A stretch of DNA of 64,000 nt from Glycera tridactyla (taxonomy: Eukaryota), in assembly GCA_965644265.1 (NCBI GenBank), contig OZ286470.1, positions 29,264,001-29,328,000 on the forward strand, read 5' to 3'. Position 1 is the stretch's first letter; each line of letters begins with the position of its first letter. The notes below the pieces were generated by a model. The model searched no databases. It was not told where the DNA came from and saw nothing but the letters and a program-made list of their open reading frames with translations. A program made the position numbers and the translations under genes. Below are positions 23,172 through 33,716 of this stretch, piece after piece.

Positions 23172-25883
23172 GTGGCAGAGGCTGATGTCAAATCTAAGGG
23201 ATCCAGTTGGGGTAGCATAGCCGACGAGATGTCACTTAGACCCAATTTACTGTCATCCATTAAGAGAAGGAAGCAACTGGCTATGCAGAATCTATCTGCA
23301 AAAGACTCTCATGTGTCTGGTCAATCTGACCAAGCAGGGGCGAGACCAGGGCCATCAGATTTGGATGGAGGTCTTGAGAATGAGTGTGCAAACAATTCTC
23401 AGTTGGGGGTTGGAAAAAAAGATTTGTACGAAGATGTGTCTGTTGTTGGGGACAATGAAGGAGATATTGGTGAATCACAAATTCAAACATCAGTCCCGGT
23501 CAATTTGCAATCAAACGAACAGATCAGTCAATCAATCAATTTACCTATTGACCAAATTGCCACTCAAGCCCCTCTTGATATGATGCAACTGCCATCTAGA
23601 CTTTATGGTTTTCTGTCCGGTCAACCATATTTCTATGATGACCCCAATGAGCAGTTGTTAGCCTATCCGTTAGGGGACATGGAAGGAGTCCCGGACAGGC
23701 AGGAGGAGGAAGAGAGAGAGAGGAGCCCCGATCCAGCAGGATCGATCATTCCTTCTCAGATCTATAGTAGAGAGGTTTCTACTACTCCTCAGGTAGCATT
23801 ACCGGTAGTGTCGCAGGTAGCGGCTAGTATACCTTTCACCGGTAGTGACAGAGGGGTCACAATGACAGCCCAAGTAGCGGTTCCTACTGTTCCAATAGGG
23901 GTTAGTCAGCAGGGTTCGGAGACTCCCGGGGATGTATCCAATCCGAATTATGTTCAATCAGGGGCTCTACACGATCAGTCTATGCATGTACCACAGATTC
24001 AAGTATTACAGAACCAGATTGATTCTAACCAGTCTCCGAATATTGCAGTAATGCCAGCAAGTCAACAGCAATTACATGCACAATTATTGTCTAGGATTGA
24101 TGATGAATTGCCACAGGAAGTCTTTGGCTCCCCAAGTTCCATTAGATCAGAGGCTCAAAGAAGGCTGAGTAATCTTACACAGGCTAGAATACAGATGGAA
24201 GGGAATTTGGAGCAGTTGAAAAAACTTATGGCATCTGCTCATTCTACAATGATGAGTACACCACAGGTTCCCTTGCAGACTGTCACTAGAGTACAACCAG
24301 CCATTAGTGTACATTCAGTTGTTCCACCACAACCACACAATACTCAACCTTCAGCCATGCCAAGACCACAAGTATCAGTCAGGATCTCACGTACGCCAAT
24401 GGTCACGAGATCATCTATCCCTCCTCAAACTGCCTTACATACACAGACAGTCAATCAGCCAGATATTATGGAACAAGGCTTGAAGAGAAAAGCTCAGGTA
24501 TCAAATGTCACTATCCCTCCTAAAGTGACTAGAAAATCAGCCATTCCTTGTACAGCATCAGTCCCTGGCTCCTATGCGAATATGGGCCCATCTCAAGTTA
24601 TGTATCAATCACAAATAGTAGATCTGAGATCACGTGATGAGAGGGAGAGAGATGCACAGATGGAGGCGATGAAGTCAAGAATGGAGAGAGTAGAGGATAA
24701 CTTGAGAGAGAGGAAGGAGAGAGATAGACAAAATGATTCAGATGATGACTCAGAGGGAGAGAAAGAGAAGCCGGAAGTCAGACGCAGGATGCGGAATTTC
24801 CGCAGATTTGCAGCCGATATTTTACCAACCTATATTCAGTCCCCTGAGGTGGTTTCTTGGAAAGGAACAAGTGCTTCCAAAACAGTGTTGAACACGTCTT
24901 TCGAGAATGAAAGAAGAGAGAGGGAGTTAGAGTTCTTGGCCGACTCAGCCTTACCCTTGTCGCCATTATTAATTTCTAGTCAAGAAATTCTGGATAAAAC
25001 CCTGCAAGGTCTGTTACCAAATGAGGAAGTACAGCCTATCACAACTGATTTTGAATCTTTTGAAGTTGGAAGGGCAGGGTTGTATGAGGCTAAGGCCAAA
25101 TATTTCAGATCCAATTTGCCTAAAATATATGGGTCAAATCCACAATCTTACCGTATTCGACAAACAGGCAATAAATCAAAAGATTATCTGGTAGAGGCTC
25201 CACAAATTGATAGGAACTATGACAAGTTTGGTTCAGCATCCAAATTTGAGCTTAAACCTACAAATGACGAGTTGACACTGAGAGAATCTTTGAAGACACT
25301 GAGCTACGCGGATTTTGCGTTAGCTGCAGGTCTCTCAGCTGCTGAACTATCAGATGCAGACATCCCAGGGGTGAAAGCTAAGGCAAAGGAGGCAATTTGG
25401 GTTGGCCTACAATCAGTGGAGCATGCCACTCAGTTGGTCCTTAAAGTGACCGGAAATATGGAGTTGGCAAGACGCACGGTCGCGTTAAGATCTACAAATT
25501 TTGATGAAGAGACCAAAATACAACTTAGATCTCTTCCTTTAGGCCAACAGGAACTGTTTGGTGGTAGGCTTAAGGATGCCTGTAAGAATGCTTCTGAATC
25601 GAAGAAAAGAGATAGAGAGCTTGCCTTTGATCCTAATACTCTCAAAACACAAGAAAAATCCAGTAGAGGAGGTTTTCAGAAGAGAGGTAGAGGTAATTCC
25701 AGAGGGAGAGGAGGCAGAGGCCAGAATTTCAGAGGCAGAGGTCGTGGTAGAGGTGGTCGTGGAGGTTATAACCAGAGAAGTGATGATCAGGGCAATCAGT
25801 CACAAAACACGCCTAAACCCAAACAAGAGTTCAAAGTAACTTTCAACAAGTTCAGGGGAAAAGGAAAGAAAAATCAGCCCTAG
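23172..25883 (+). CDS. DIRS gag-like ORF1 (main part)
   Basis: 903 codons; NMELARR..LRSLP..LFGGRL resembles the DIRS gag C-terminal domain; RGG-rich tail; position upstream of RT and YR. Confidence 0.8.
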   Translation: MAEADVKSKGSSWGSIADEMSLRPNLLSSIKRRKQLAMQNLSAKDSHVSGQSDQAGARPGPSDLDGGLENECANNSQLGVGKKDLYEDVSVVGDNEGDIGESQIQTSVPVNLQSNEQISQSINLPIDQIATQAPLDMMQLPSRLYGFLSGQPYFYDDPNEQLLAYPLGDMEGVPDRQEEEERERSPDPAGSIIPSQIYSREVSTTPQVALPVVSQVAASIPFTGSDRGVTMTAQVAVPTVPIGVSQQGSETPGDVSNPNYVQSGALHDQSMHVPQIQVLQNQIDSNQSPNIAVMPASQQQLHAQLLSRIDDELPQEVFGSPSSIRSEAQRRLSNLTQARIQMEGNLEQLKKLMASAHSTMMSTPQVPLQTVTRVQPAISVHSVVPPQPHNTQPSAMPRPQVSVRISRTPMVTRSSIPPQTALHTQTVNQPDIMEQGLKRKAQVSNVTIPPKVTRKSAIPCTASVPGSYANMGPSQVMYQSQIVDLRSRDERERDAQMEAMKSRMERVEDNLRERKERDRQNDSDDDSEGEKEKPEVRRRMRNFRRFAADILPTYIQSPEVVSWKGTSASKTVLNTSFENERRERELEFLADSALPLSPLLISSQEILDKTLQGLLPNEEVQPITTDFESFEVGRAGLYEAKAKYFRSNLPKIYGSNPQSYRIRQTGNKSKDYLVEAPQIDRNYDKFGSASKFELKPTNDELTLRESLKTLSYADFALAAGLSAAELSDADIPGVKAKAKEAIWVGLQSVEHATQLVLKVTGNMELARRTVALRSTNFDEETKIQLRSLPLGQQELFGGRLKDACKNASESKKRDRELAFDPNTLKTQEKSSRGGFQKRGRGNSRGRGGRGQNFRGRGRGRGGRGGYNQRSDDQGNQSQNTPKPKQEFKVTFNKFRGKGKKNQP

Positions 25884-27990
25884 GGACACGAGCGTCACCC
25901 CCTCACTCCCAGTAGAGGTAGGAGCACGTCTTTTACATTTTGTCGATCAATGGGAGGAACTAACAGACAACCGTTTTGTTTTGGAGATTATCAGGGAGGG
26001 CCTCTCGTTGGCTTTTCAGGGGCAGCCGCCACTATCCCCAGTCTTTATACCCTTCACTCTCCCAAAAGGTCGGGAGAAGAGGGAGGCGCTGCTCCTCGAG
26101 ATCAGGGGGATGCTGGAGAAGCGTGCCGTTATTCCGGTGCTCCAGCATCCCGACCCAGGTCCGGGGTTTTATTGCAACCTCTTCCTGGTCTCGAAGACAA
26201 CGGGGGGTTTCCGACCAGTGATAAATCTGAAGCCTCTGAACAAATTCATTCGAAATTCCAAATTCAAAATGGAAACCTCTATGTCTGTAGTCAAGGCAGT
26301 CTCTCTCCAAGACTGGTCAGTGTCGATCGACTTAAAGGACGCTTATTTCCACATACCAATAAATCAGAGATACCAGAAATTCTTGAGATTTGCGATTTCT
26401 CCAACGGAAGCCTTCCAGTTCAGGGCTCTTCCGTTTGGTCTGAGTTCAGCTCCAAGGATTTTCACAATGGTTCTGAGGGAGGTGGCGCATCATCTTCACA
26501 GTCTAGGCATCAAAGTGCATTTTTATCTAGACGACTGGCTGTTGAGGCACCAGAGTCCAGTCGTTCTATCACAACAGTTGGACTATGTCCGAGAGCTGGC
26601 GACCAAGCTGGGCTGGATTCTGAATCTTCAAAAATCAGATCTTATTCCCAGCCAGCAATTCACTTACCTGGGTATCGAGTTCGATACCCGGGTGGGAATG
26701 GTTCGTCCAGCACTCAGGAGAGTAGAACGGCTGGAGCTCTGTGTGAGGTTATTTCTCAGGAGACCTCGACAGCCAGTCAGGGCCATATTACGTCTTCTCG
26801 GCCATATGTCGAGTATGTCAGAATTCATCCACTTGGGAAGGCTCAATATGAGACCTTTACAAATGTTCCTCCTATCCAGGTGGAGACCCTTTGCGGATTC
26901 AATGGAAATCTTGTTAACTCTTCCTCAGGAAATACTTTCAAGTCTGGAATGGTGGATGAACAGGGAGATTATCTACGGGGGCATCCCTCTAGTAGAACCG
27001 CAGGTGACTATGACGTTGATGACAGACTCTTCTTTGAAGGGTCGGGGAGCTTGTCTAGTGATGGACGACTTCAGAGCTCAGACGTCGGGAGTTTGGCCAA
27101 CCACTCATGCCGGTCGATCGATCAATGCCCTAGAGTTAGAGGCAGTTTATTTGGCCCTGAAAGATTTCTCGGATCTTCTCCAGGAACAGATAGTATTAGT
27201 TCTTTCCGACAACTCGACCACAGTGTCATATATCAGGAAACAAGGGGGGACCCACTCAGCATTAATGTGTGGGATAGCTTGGAGGATCTATCAGTTTTCA
27301 GAAGAAATCAGTGTGAGATTGAGAATCAGGCACATTCCGGGAAAACAAAATGTGTTGGCGGATGCGCTGTCCAGAGCACACCCCATCCAAACAGAATGGT
27401 CACTGAACAAGGGAGTGTTCAATCAAGTCCTAGAGAAATACAATCTCTCACCCTCCATAGACCTGATGGCGACGTCAGAAAACAGCCAGCTTCCGGTATT
27501 CATATGTCCTTTCCCCGACCCACAAGCCTTGGCAGTGGATGCCCTGTCGGTGGACTGGACACAGTTCAACATAGCCTATGTTTACCCCCCTACATCTCTC
27601 TTGCGAGATGTGATAAACAAGATAAGAGGCCTGGAGATCACACTGATTTGTGTCGCCCCATGGTGGCCGAATCAGTCGTGGTTTCCAGACCTCTTAGAAC
27701 TCTCAATAGACCAGCCCCTGGAGCTCCCTGTGTCAGTTCATTTGATGACTCAGTTGGTGAAGAAGAGGCGAGTGCATCACTTCAGGCCTCAAATAATGAA
27801 CTTGACCGCGTGGTGTTTGTCAGGGAAGCCCTCTCTAGGAAGGGTTATTCAGCAAAGGCGTCTGAGCAGATCGCTCGGTCGGTACGAAGTTCTTCAGCCA
27901 GAATCTATGACAGTAGATGGAAGAAATGGGCCTTCTGGTGTAGGAAAAAAGGGGTGGATTGTTCAGACCCCTCTACACCAGAGCTGGTAG
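25840..27990 (+). CDS. DIRS RT - RNase H - methyltransferase-like ORF (open frame from 25840; first ATG at 26110)
   Basis: DLKDAYFHIPI, LPFGLSSAPRIF, FYLDDWLL (RT); TDSS, INALELEAV, SDNSTTV, HIPGKQNVLADALSR (RNase H); IDLMAT...AYVYPP (Dam-like MT). Confidence 0.93.
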   Translation, partial: LSTSSGEKERKISPRDTSVTPSLPVEVGARLLHFVDQWEELTDNRFVLEIIREGLSLAFQGQPPLSPVFIPFTLPKGREKREALLLEIRGMLEKRAVIPVLQHPDPGPGFYCNLFLVSKTTGGFRPVINLKPLNKFIRNSKFKMETSMSVVKAVSLQDWSVSIDLKDAYFHIPINQRYQKFLRFAISPTEAFQFRALPFGLSSAPRIFTMVLREVAHHLHSLGIKVHFYLDDWLLRHQSPVVLSQQLDYVRELATKLGWILNLQKSDLIPSQQFTYLGIEFDTRVGMVRPALRRVERLELCVRLFLRRPRQPVRAILRLLGHMSSMSEFIHLGRLNMRPLQMFLLSRWRPFADSMEILLTLPQEILSSLEWWMNREIIYGGIPLVEPQVTMTLMTDSSLKGRGACLVMDDFRAQTSGVWPTTHAGRSINALELEAVYLALKDFSDLLQEQIVLVLSDNSTTVSYIRKQGGTHSALMCGIAWRIYQFSEEISVRLRIRHIPGKQNVLADALSRAHPIQTEWSLNKGVFNQVLEKYNLSPSIDLMATSENSQLPVFICPFPDPQALAVDALSVDWTQFNIAYVYPPTSLLRDVINKIRGLEITLICVAPWWPNQSWFPDLLELSIDQPLELPVSVHLMTQLVKKRRVHHFRPQIMNLTAWCLSGKPSLGRVIQQRRLSRSLGRYEVLQPESMTVDGRNGPSGVGKKGWIVQTPLHQSW

Positions 27991-28871
27991 ACTTTCTTAT
28001 TGAATTGTTCGAGTCAGGCCTTTCTCCATCTACTGTCAAAGGTTACAGAAATGCTCTACAATCGGTGTTTGTAGTCACTGGCTGCTCTGTTCTTTCTGAA
28101 AGAGAGGTGAAGTCTTTGCTGAACGACCTCTTCCTGGAGAGACCAATTCTGCAAAACGTGGTGCCACAATGGAATCTATCTATAGTGTTAGAATTTCTGA
28201 AAAGTTATGTTTTCGAACCACTGGATAGTTGTGGAATTGTAAATTTAACGCGCAAAACAGTTTTCCTCATTACTCTAGCTTCAGGTAGAAGGAGAAGTGA
28301 GGTGCATGCTTTTTCTGGTGCAGAGGGAGCTGTTAGATTTTCTGCAGATCTATCAAATGTTCGTTTATATTCAGTTCCTGGCTTCTTGGCCAAAAATCAG
28401 AATCCAGCAGCCAAGCAACCTGAAGTTCTGATTCCTGCTATCCCTGTTGTTGATAATGTACAGAATGTCTTATGCCCAGTGAGAGCGTTACATGTATATT
28501 TGCGCAGAGTTGCCCCTTTTAGGGGAAGGAGAGTTCGACTGTTCTTGCCGCCAAATAAATCTACGAAAAAGGAAATAAGGGTTGACAGAGTTTCATCCTG
28601 GATCCAGCAGGTGGTGAGAATGTCTTATGAGCATGCAGATAGAGAGTCTGAATTGCCAGAGTCTATTACAGCTCATGAAACCAGAGCAATTTCCACATCG
28701 TGGAAATCATTTAATCAGAGTTGCTCTGTTGAAGACCTCATGAAGGCAGCTTTTTGGAAATCTGGCTCAACTTTTCCCACATTCTATTTACGTGATATGT
28801 GTGGACAGGCTCTCGACCTTTATTCTCTGGGGCCTGTGGTTGTAGCACAGTCAGTAGTAAATCCACGTTAG
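25950..28871 (+). CDS. DIRS tyrosine recombinase ORF (long N-terminal part overlaps the RT ORF)
   Basis: SGRRRSEV (Arg), HETR (HxxR), FWKS..TFPTFY (Trp/Tyr) catalytic residues; preceding helical binding domain YDSRWKKW..WC..STVKGYRNAL. Confidence 0.92.
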   Translation: MGGTNRQPFCFGDYQGGPLVGFSGAAATIPSLYTLHSPKRSGEEGGAAPRDQGDAGEACRYSGAPASRPRSGVLLQPLPGLEDNGGFPTSDKSEASEQIHSKFQIQNGNLYVCSQGSLSPRLVSVDRLKGRLFPHTNKSEIPEILEICDFSNGSLPVQGSSVWSEFSSKDFHNGSEGGGASSSQSRHQSAFLSRRLAVEAPESSRSITTVGLCPRAGDQAGLDSESSKIRSYSQPAIHLPGYRVRYPGGNGSSSTQESRTAGALCEVISQETSTASQGHITSSRPYVEYVRIHPLGKAQYETFTNVPPIQVETLCGFNGNLVNSSSGNTFKSGMVDEQGDYLRGHPSSRTAGDYDVDDRLFFEGSGSLSSDGRLQSSDVGSLANHSCRSIDQCPRVRGSLFGPERFLGSSPGTDSISSFRQLDHSVIYQETRGDPLSINVWDSLEDLSVFRRNQCEIENQAHSGKTKCVGGCAVQSTPHPNRMVTEQGSVQSSPREIQSLTLHRPDGDVRKQPASGIHMSFPRPTSLGSGCPVGGLDTVQHSLCLPPYISLARCDKQDKRPGDHTDLCRPMVAESVVVSRPLRTLNRPAPGAPCVSSFDDSVGEEEASASLQASNNELDRVVFVREALSRKGYSAKASEQIARSVRSSSARIYDSRWKKWAFWCRKKGVDCSDPSTPELVDFLIELFESGLSPSTVKGYRNALQSVFVVTGCSVLSEREVKSLLNDLFLERPILQNVVPQWNLSIVLEFLKSYVFEPLDSCGIVNLTRKTVFLITLASGRRRSEVHAFSGAEGAVRFSADLSNVRLYSVPGFLAKNQNPAAKQPEVLIPAIPVVDNVQNVLCPVRALHVYLRRVAPFRGRRVRLFLPPNKSTKKEIRVDRVSSWIQQVVRMSYEHADRESELPESITAHETRAISTSWKSFNQSCSVEDLMKAAFWKSGSTFPTFYLRDMCGQALDLYSLGPVVVAQSVVNPR

Positions 28872-29043
28872 GAGTCAGTGGATAGTTTTACTAGTCAAAT
28901 TAAGAATCGGGTTGATTCTATTTCTTATATTTATTAGGTCTTCACGGTGAGAGAAAGAGTAAGCTCTGAAACTATACAATAGTTGTAGATATTATAATAC
29001 ATGGATTGGAGACGTTACTCAGGGAAGTATACGATCCGTCCAT

Positions 29044-29432
29044 GAGACATGGAGTCTTTACTCTGGGTCTATAAATTATGTATAAAGAATACTCAGGTTT
29101 GAGTGCATTACCTATACAGGTATATAACCTTCCTGAGAGACATGGAGCTACTACTCTAGGTCTCTAATATTATTCATATACAAATACTCGGGTTTGAGTG
29201 CATTACCTAGGCAGGTATATAACCTTCCCGAGAGACATGGAGATACTACTCTGGGTCTATAATATTTATAATATACAAATACTCGGGTTTGAGTGCATTA
29301 CCTAGGCAGGTATATAACCTTCCCGAGAGACATGGAGCTACTACTCTGGGTCTATGATATTGTTAATATACAAATACTCGGGTTTGAGTGCATTACCTAG
29401 GCAGGTATATAACCTTCCCGAGAGACATGGAG
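29044..29432 (+). repeat. ~95-bp tandem repeat, 4 copies plus partial, in the DIRS 3' UTR
   Basis: GAGACATGGAG starts at 29044, 29137, 29232, 29327 and 29422. Confidence 0.92.
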
Positions 29433-29475
29433 TTTTTTGCTAGGGGGCTCTACACCCACCATCCATGTCAGATTC

Positions 29476-29569
29476 ATGCAGAATTTGAGGGAGAAATGGT
29501 ACAGATAGATCCCCCCCAGGTTTGTTTATTTAACCTGGGGATCTATACTTACCATTTCTCCCTCAAATT
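29476..29569 (+). repeat. DIRS internal complementary region (ICR)
   Basis: First half is the reverse complement of the left terminus (21311 onward); second half is the reverse complement of the right terminus (to 29843). Confidence 0.93.
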
Positions 29570-29622
29570 GGATGTTCCCTCCCGTCCGTCCCCGCTGTAG
29601 AGCGTTGGCGCTTGTTGAAGTA

Positions 29623-29843
29623 AAAAATACACAGATAAACACAGCAGACGGGCCGACCTCTGATGGCTAGGTATTCATAGCCACCTGGTGGAATGGAGGT
29701 CGGGGGGAGGTTACATCCTCTAATTGAAAAGTTTATATTGTTGTTATGTTCGCAAGTAGGCATTCGGCCTGGGGAATGCAGAATTTGAGGGAGAAATGGT
29801 AAGTATAGATCCCCAGGTTAAATAAACAAACCTGGGGGGATCT
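29623..29843 (+). repeat. DIRS right ITR (29623-29812) plus right extension (29813-29843)
   Basis: Complementary to the left ITR; extension CCAGGTTAAATAAACAAACCTGGGGGGATCT matches the ICR. Confidence 0.9.
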
Positions 29844-30336
29844 CATAATTTCCCACACCTATGCTGTCCTGAGATATGTATGACCCAGCACTGGTGTGAG
29901 ATTTAACCCAGAAGAGTATCAATTGATCGCAGTCATTGCAAATGGGATGTTCGTCATTTAAATGTTCAAATATATAATACATTAATATGAATGTGTCCCT
30001 CTGACTTAAGTGATTGATGCAGTTTCACACTGGAAAAAGGCAGTGTATGTCTCAACAGAATTCATGGGGAAACTCTCATGCGTTAATAAATTGCATTAAA
30101 GATGGAACACCATGAGTTGATTCTCGGATATTTGAACCCAATCTATCCCGGAATCTCCGCCAAGATGATGTTCGTAAAAGAACTGGTGTTGCTATGTAGT
30201 AGTAATAACAAGTCTATGGTGGACAGAAATGCGTTGTCTAAACGAGTGGGCCTTCTTGGTGCCAACCGGTGATGCAGCATACATGGCAATTGGCCACATA
30301 TAACCCGACGCTATAGTGTCGTGTGTTTCCAAGAAA

Positions 30337-30799
30337 GGGGAGTGATTAGCCGGTTCTAGCAAGCACAGTGGAGGTGTCAAACATTCGTTGGTTTGGACGG
30401 GGAGTGATTAGCCGGTTCTAGCAAGCACAGTGGAGGTGTCAAACATTCGTTGATATTGACGGGGAGTGATTAGCCGGTTCTAGCAAGCACAGTTGAGGTG
30501 TCAAACATCCGTTGGTATGGACGGGGAGTGATTAGCCAGTTCTAGCAAGCACAGTGGAGGTGTCAAACATTCATTGGTATGGACGGGGAGTGATTAGCCG
30601 GTTCTAGCAAGCACAGTGGAGGTGTCAAACATTCGTTGGTATGTACAGAAAGTGATTAGCAGGTTCTAGCAAGCACAGTGGAGGTGTCAAACATTCGTTG
30701 GTATGAAGGGGGAGTGCTTAGCCGGTTCTAGCAAGCAAAGTGGAGGTGTCAAACATTTGTTGGTATGAAGGGGGAGTGCTTAGCCAGTTTGTTGGTATG
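30337..30799 (+). repeat. 62-bp minisatellite, ~7 copies (unit A')
   Basis: Same unit as 3798-4260. Confidence 0.92.
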
Positions 30800-32067
30800 A
30801 ACCTGAGTGGGAGAAAACTGAGCAGCCAGTTCCAACTAAGCAACCTCAGAAACAAGTGATGAACGTGATCTAGAGCTTCTCAGTCCTACCCATAGCCTGT
30901 ATAACATGTTTGTACTGATGTATGTTGTTGCTGTTGGTTAGTTGATTCTGCATTAAAGTTACATCAGCACCATCTGGGCTATATTGTGACGCCCATGCAA
31001 TGGGCATGAGTGGGATTTTCAAAGACTTCTTTTTCTGGGTCCCAGAAAATTTGTCAAATTCACAGACACTCAAGGTGCCATTTCTGTGATTGCTGCGTTC
31101 TACAGGAATAAAGTGATGTGATCTGTTAAATGTTGTGAGGTTTATCTATGGTGCTTAGTGCCTAGTGCTACTGGTACCACCAACCAGAAAATAGTGTTGA
31201 TCCTTGTCCCCTGCCATCTCTTCAGACAATATGCATGAGTCACTATGCAATTTCCAATACTTGCGTTGCTTTGAAGTAGCCGAGCCGGCTATATGAGAAC
31301 ATGTCTTGAGATACACTTGGATGATTTCAATATGCATTCAGTTTTCCATACAATATACTAGATTTCTCACAGAAAAGCTGTTGCTTGTCTTTTCATATAT
31401 TGCTCACCTCATCAAGAAATAATGTATCTCTGCATGAAAGACGAATAATTTCTTGATGGATTTTTCAAATGTATGGCATCACATTATATTTTGAGGTTTT
31501 CTAAAATATTTTCCAGATTTCCATTGGCACTGCTGTTTGTGAGAGTGATTTTAAGTATATAGTGGGTGGATTTTGAGAGGTCCTGCAATTAGAATTTGGG
31601 TAGCACTTGGTTACTCTATACAGCTGAATACGTGCTCACTTCTACTATCTCTACATCAGTCCAGGGGCATTGCAAGTGGTTTTGGTAATTGCCTCATTAA
31701 AGTCATTTTGATCACATGGAACGTACCGTAGTTGCTCTTCTCCCTGCTTGGAATAGCTCGCAGCCAGTTGGGATTAGCACGCTTACGCATCAGCGCAGGA
31801 GGGAGGGTATTTCATGCGCGCGGTCTTTGAAGAAGAACCCACCAATTAATCTACTCATCAGAAGCATCCTGAAGTTGCGGATGGTACTATCTGGAAAATA
31901 TGCCAACATGAAGGTGATATAATTACCGTTATGACATCCAGTCAATTCGCTTTTTTGGTGGCATCTGATTTTCTGGGATAATTCCTCAGAGGCGACGAGA
32001 TCAATGTTTGTTCCTATGAGATCGTTTTGAATTCTCATTGCCTAGATAGAATATAACAGAAAAAGTA

Positions 32068-32243
32068 CAGTCAAACCTGTATCTAGCAACCATCCTTGGG
32101 ACAGTGAAAGGCGGTTGCTTAACACAGGTGGTTGTCTAATACAGGTTGTTTATAGTGAGAAATACTCTGGAGGGACTTTCAGAAGTGGTTGCTTAAGGCA
32201 GGTGGTTGATTAATACAGGTGCCCTTCATAGCAGTTTCAACAG
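32068..32243. mobile_element. Tc1/mariner-type MITE (unit A' paralogue)
   Basis: TA|CAGTCAAACCTG...CAGTTTCAACAG|TA; more decayed right TIR. Confidence 0.75.
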
Positions 32244-33568
32244 TAGATTCCACACACAGGAATTGTGATACTTGGGGAAATATTTAATCTAGCTATTGTC
32301 ACTTGTTCATGGGACTCGTTTGTGCTCTGATTGATACGTGTATTTACATCACGATGTGTTGAAATCAAGGTCACATGTCAACTGGAAGCGTTTAAGGTTG
32401 ATATTCGCATGAATATATGTTTCGGAATTCTGAATTTATATTTTTGGGTATTTCTGAAATATGGATGAGGAATGGTCAATACCCTCCAAAGCCTTGCCTG
32501 GAATGAAATCATTGCTATCAGACCTGAGTGTTCACTAACGGCCAGTTACGGAACCAGATAACCAATCCGTAGATTGATTCGGGATGATGTTGGAGATAGA
32601 CCTGCGGTGGTAAGAGAGATAACCTCTATGGTTCCCATCATTTTTGTTCGAAATTTGTGATAGGGATGATTGGTCGGTTGGTAGAAAGTTTTACGTTCCG
32701 TGAGCAGGTGCTGAGCAACATCGAGCCACTGTGATCAGCATGGATTGGATCCATGGATTCGAGACCCCATCATGTTGGATTCTGAACCGAAGAGGACAAT
32801 TCATGAAATTGACTGTCACTTCATGAGAGTGATGCCGATTTCACAGATCAGAATCATATATCATACTTGATCAATTTGGTTGGTACCTGCTGTGAATCCC
32901 CAATCAATCGACTAACCAATCAAATGACATATCGACCGAGCAGAATGAATCGCCTATCTTTTCTGAAGAATGGGACCCGAAACGACCTCAAATCCTCGCA
33001 CATTATTAGTTGCAATGATAACCAGTCTGAACGCACACTAACCCTCGAATCTAATTTTTCAACGCTATGATTCAAAATCGATCTACATAGGATAATTTCT
33101 TCTTCAGGTATGTATATATCGGCTCCATTAGGGTGAAATGGTGGATATCGATGGCAATGTATCAATGTGCTCAAATTATGCAAGCGATTAAGTATTGATT
33201 CGCCTCTCAGACTGTTGCCTAGCAGGAAATTCAATATCACCATACATCATCCTTCGAATAATTGAAATCCGATGCTTAGAGGAAAAAGAGAATGCCTTTC
33301 AGGATGATATATCAAATGACGCATTCCTCTCGACAATGATGTAGCTTTTTATTGAGTGGTTCCTTCGTTCATTAGCACATATAATGCACCCTATATATTT
33401 ATATGTCCAAAAAACAAGGATCTTCAGGAATTGTATCAGTCCCCCAACCACCTCCCTAGGAAGCTCTCAATGAGAAGGACAAATGACTCACTATAGCCCT
33501 ACAAGCTTACTTTAGGAGGCCCTGAACCTCTTGATGCAGCTTCCTTGCTCCTCAGGAGGTTCAACTTG

Positions 33569-33622
33569 ACATCCACCTGATGAAGGCTGCACCAAGCCTG
33601 AAAGCTTAGTGGCTCACTATGT
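33569..33622 (+). ncRNA. Minimal hammerhead-like motif (unit A')
   Basis: Identical to 7031-7084. Confidence 0.65.
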
Positions 33623-33716
33623 GGAGATGACACTTGATGTATGAGGCATGTTTGTACTCCTGAGGAAATAAAATGTTTAATAAGGAAGCTGAAATACCAG
33701 GGTTGGTCGTTCTTTT

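Larger units (their letters stand above)
21311..29843 (+). mobile_element. DIRS1-type tyrosine-recombinase retrotransposon, structurally full length (~8.5 kb)
   Basis: Non-identical ITRs, right extension, internal complementary region, gag-like ORF, RT-RNaseH-MT ORF and overlapping YR ORF; absent at the paralogous site 3300-3305. Confidence 0.95.

Noticed and set aside
29044-29432. CRISPR-like appearance of the 95-, 90- and 62-bp arrays
   Set aside because: The variable parts are homologous to each other rather than unique spacers; no cas genes; eukaryotic context.
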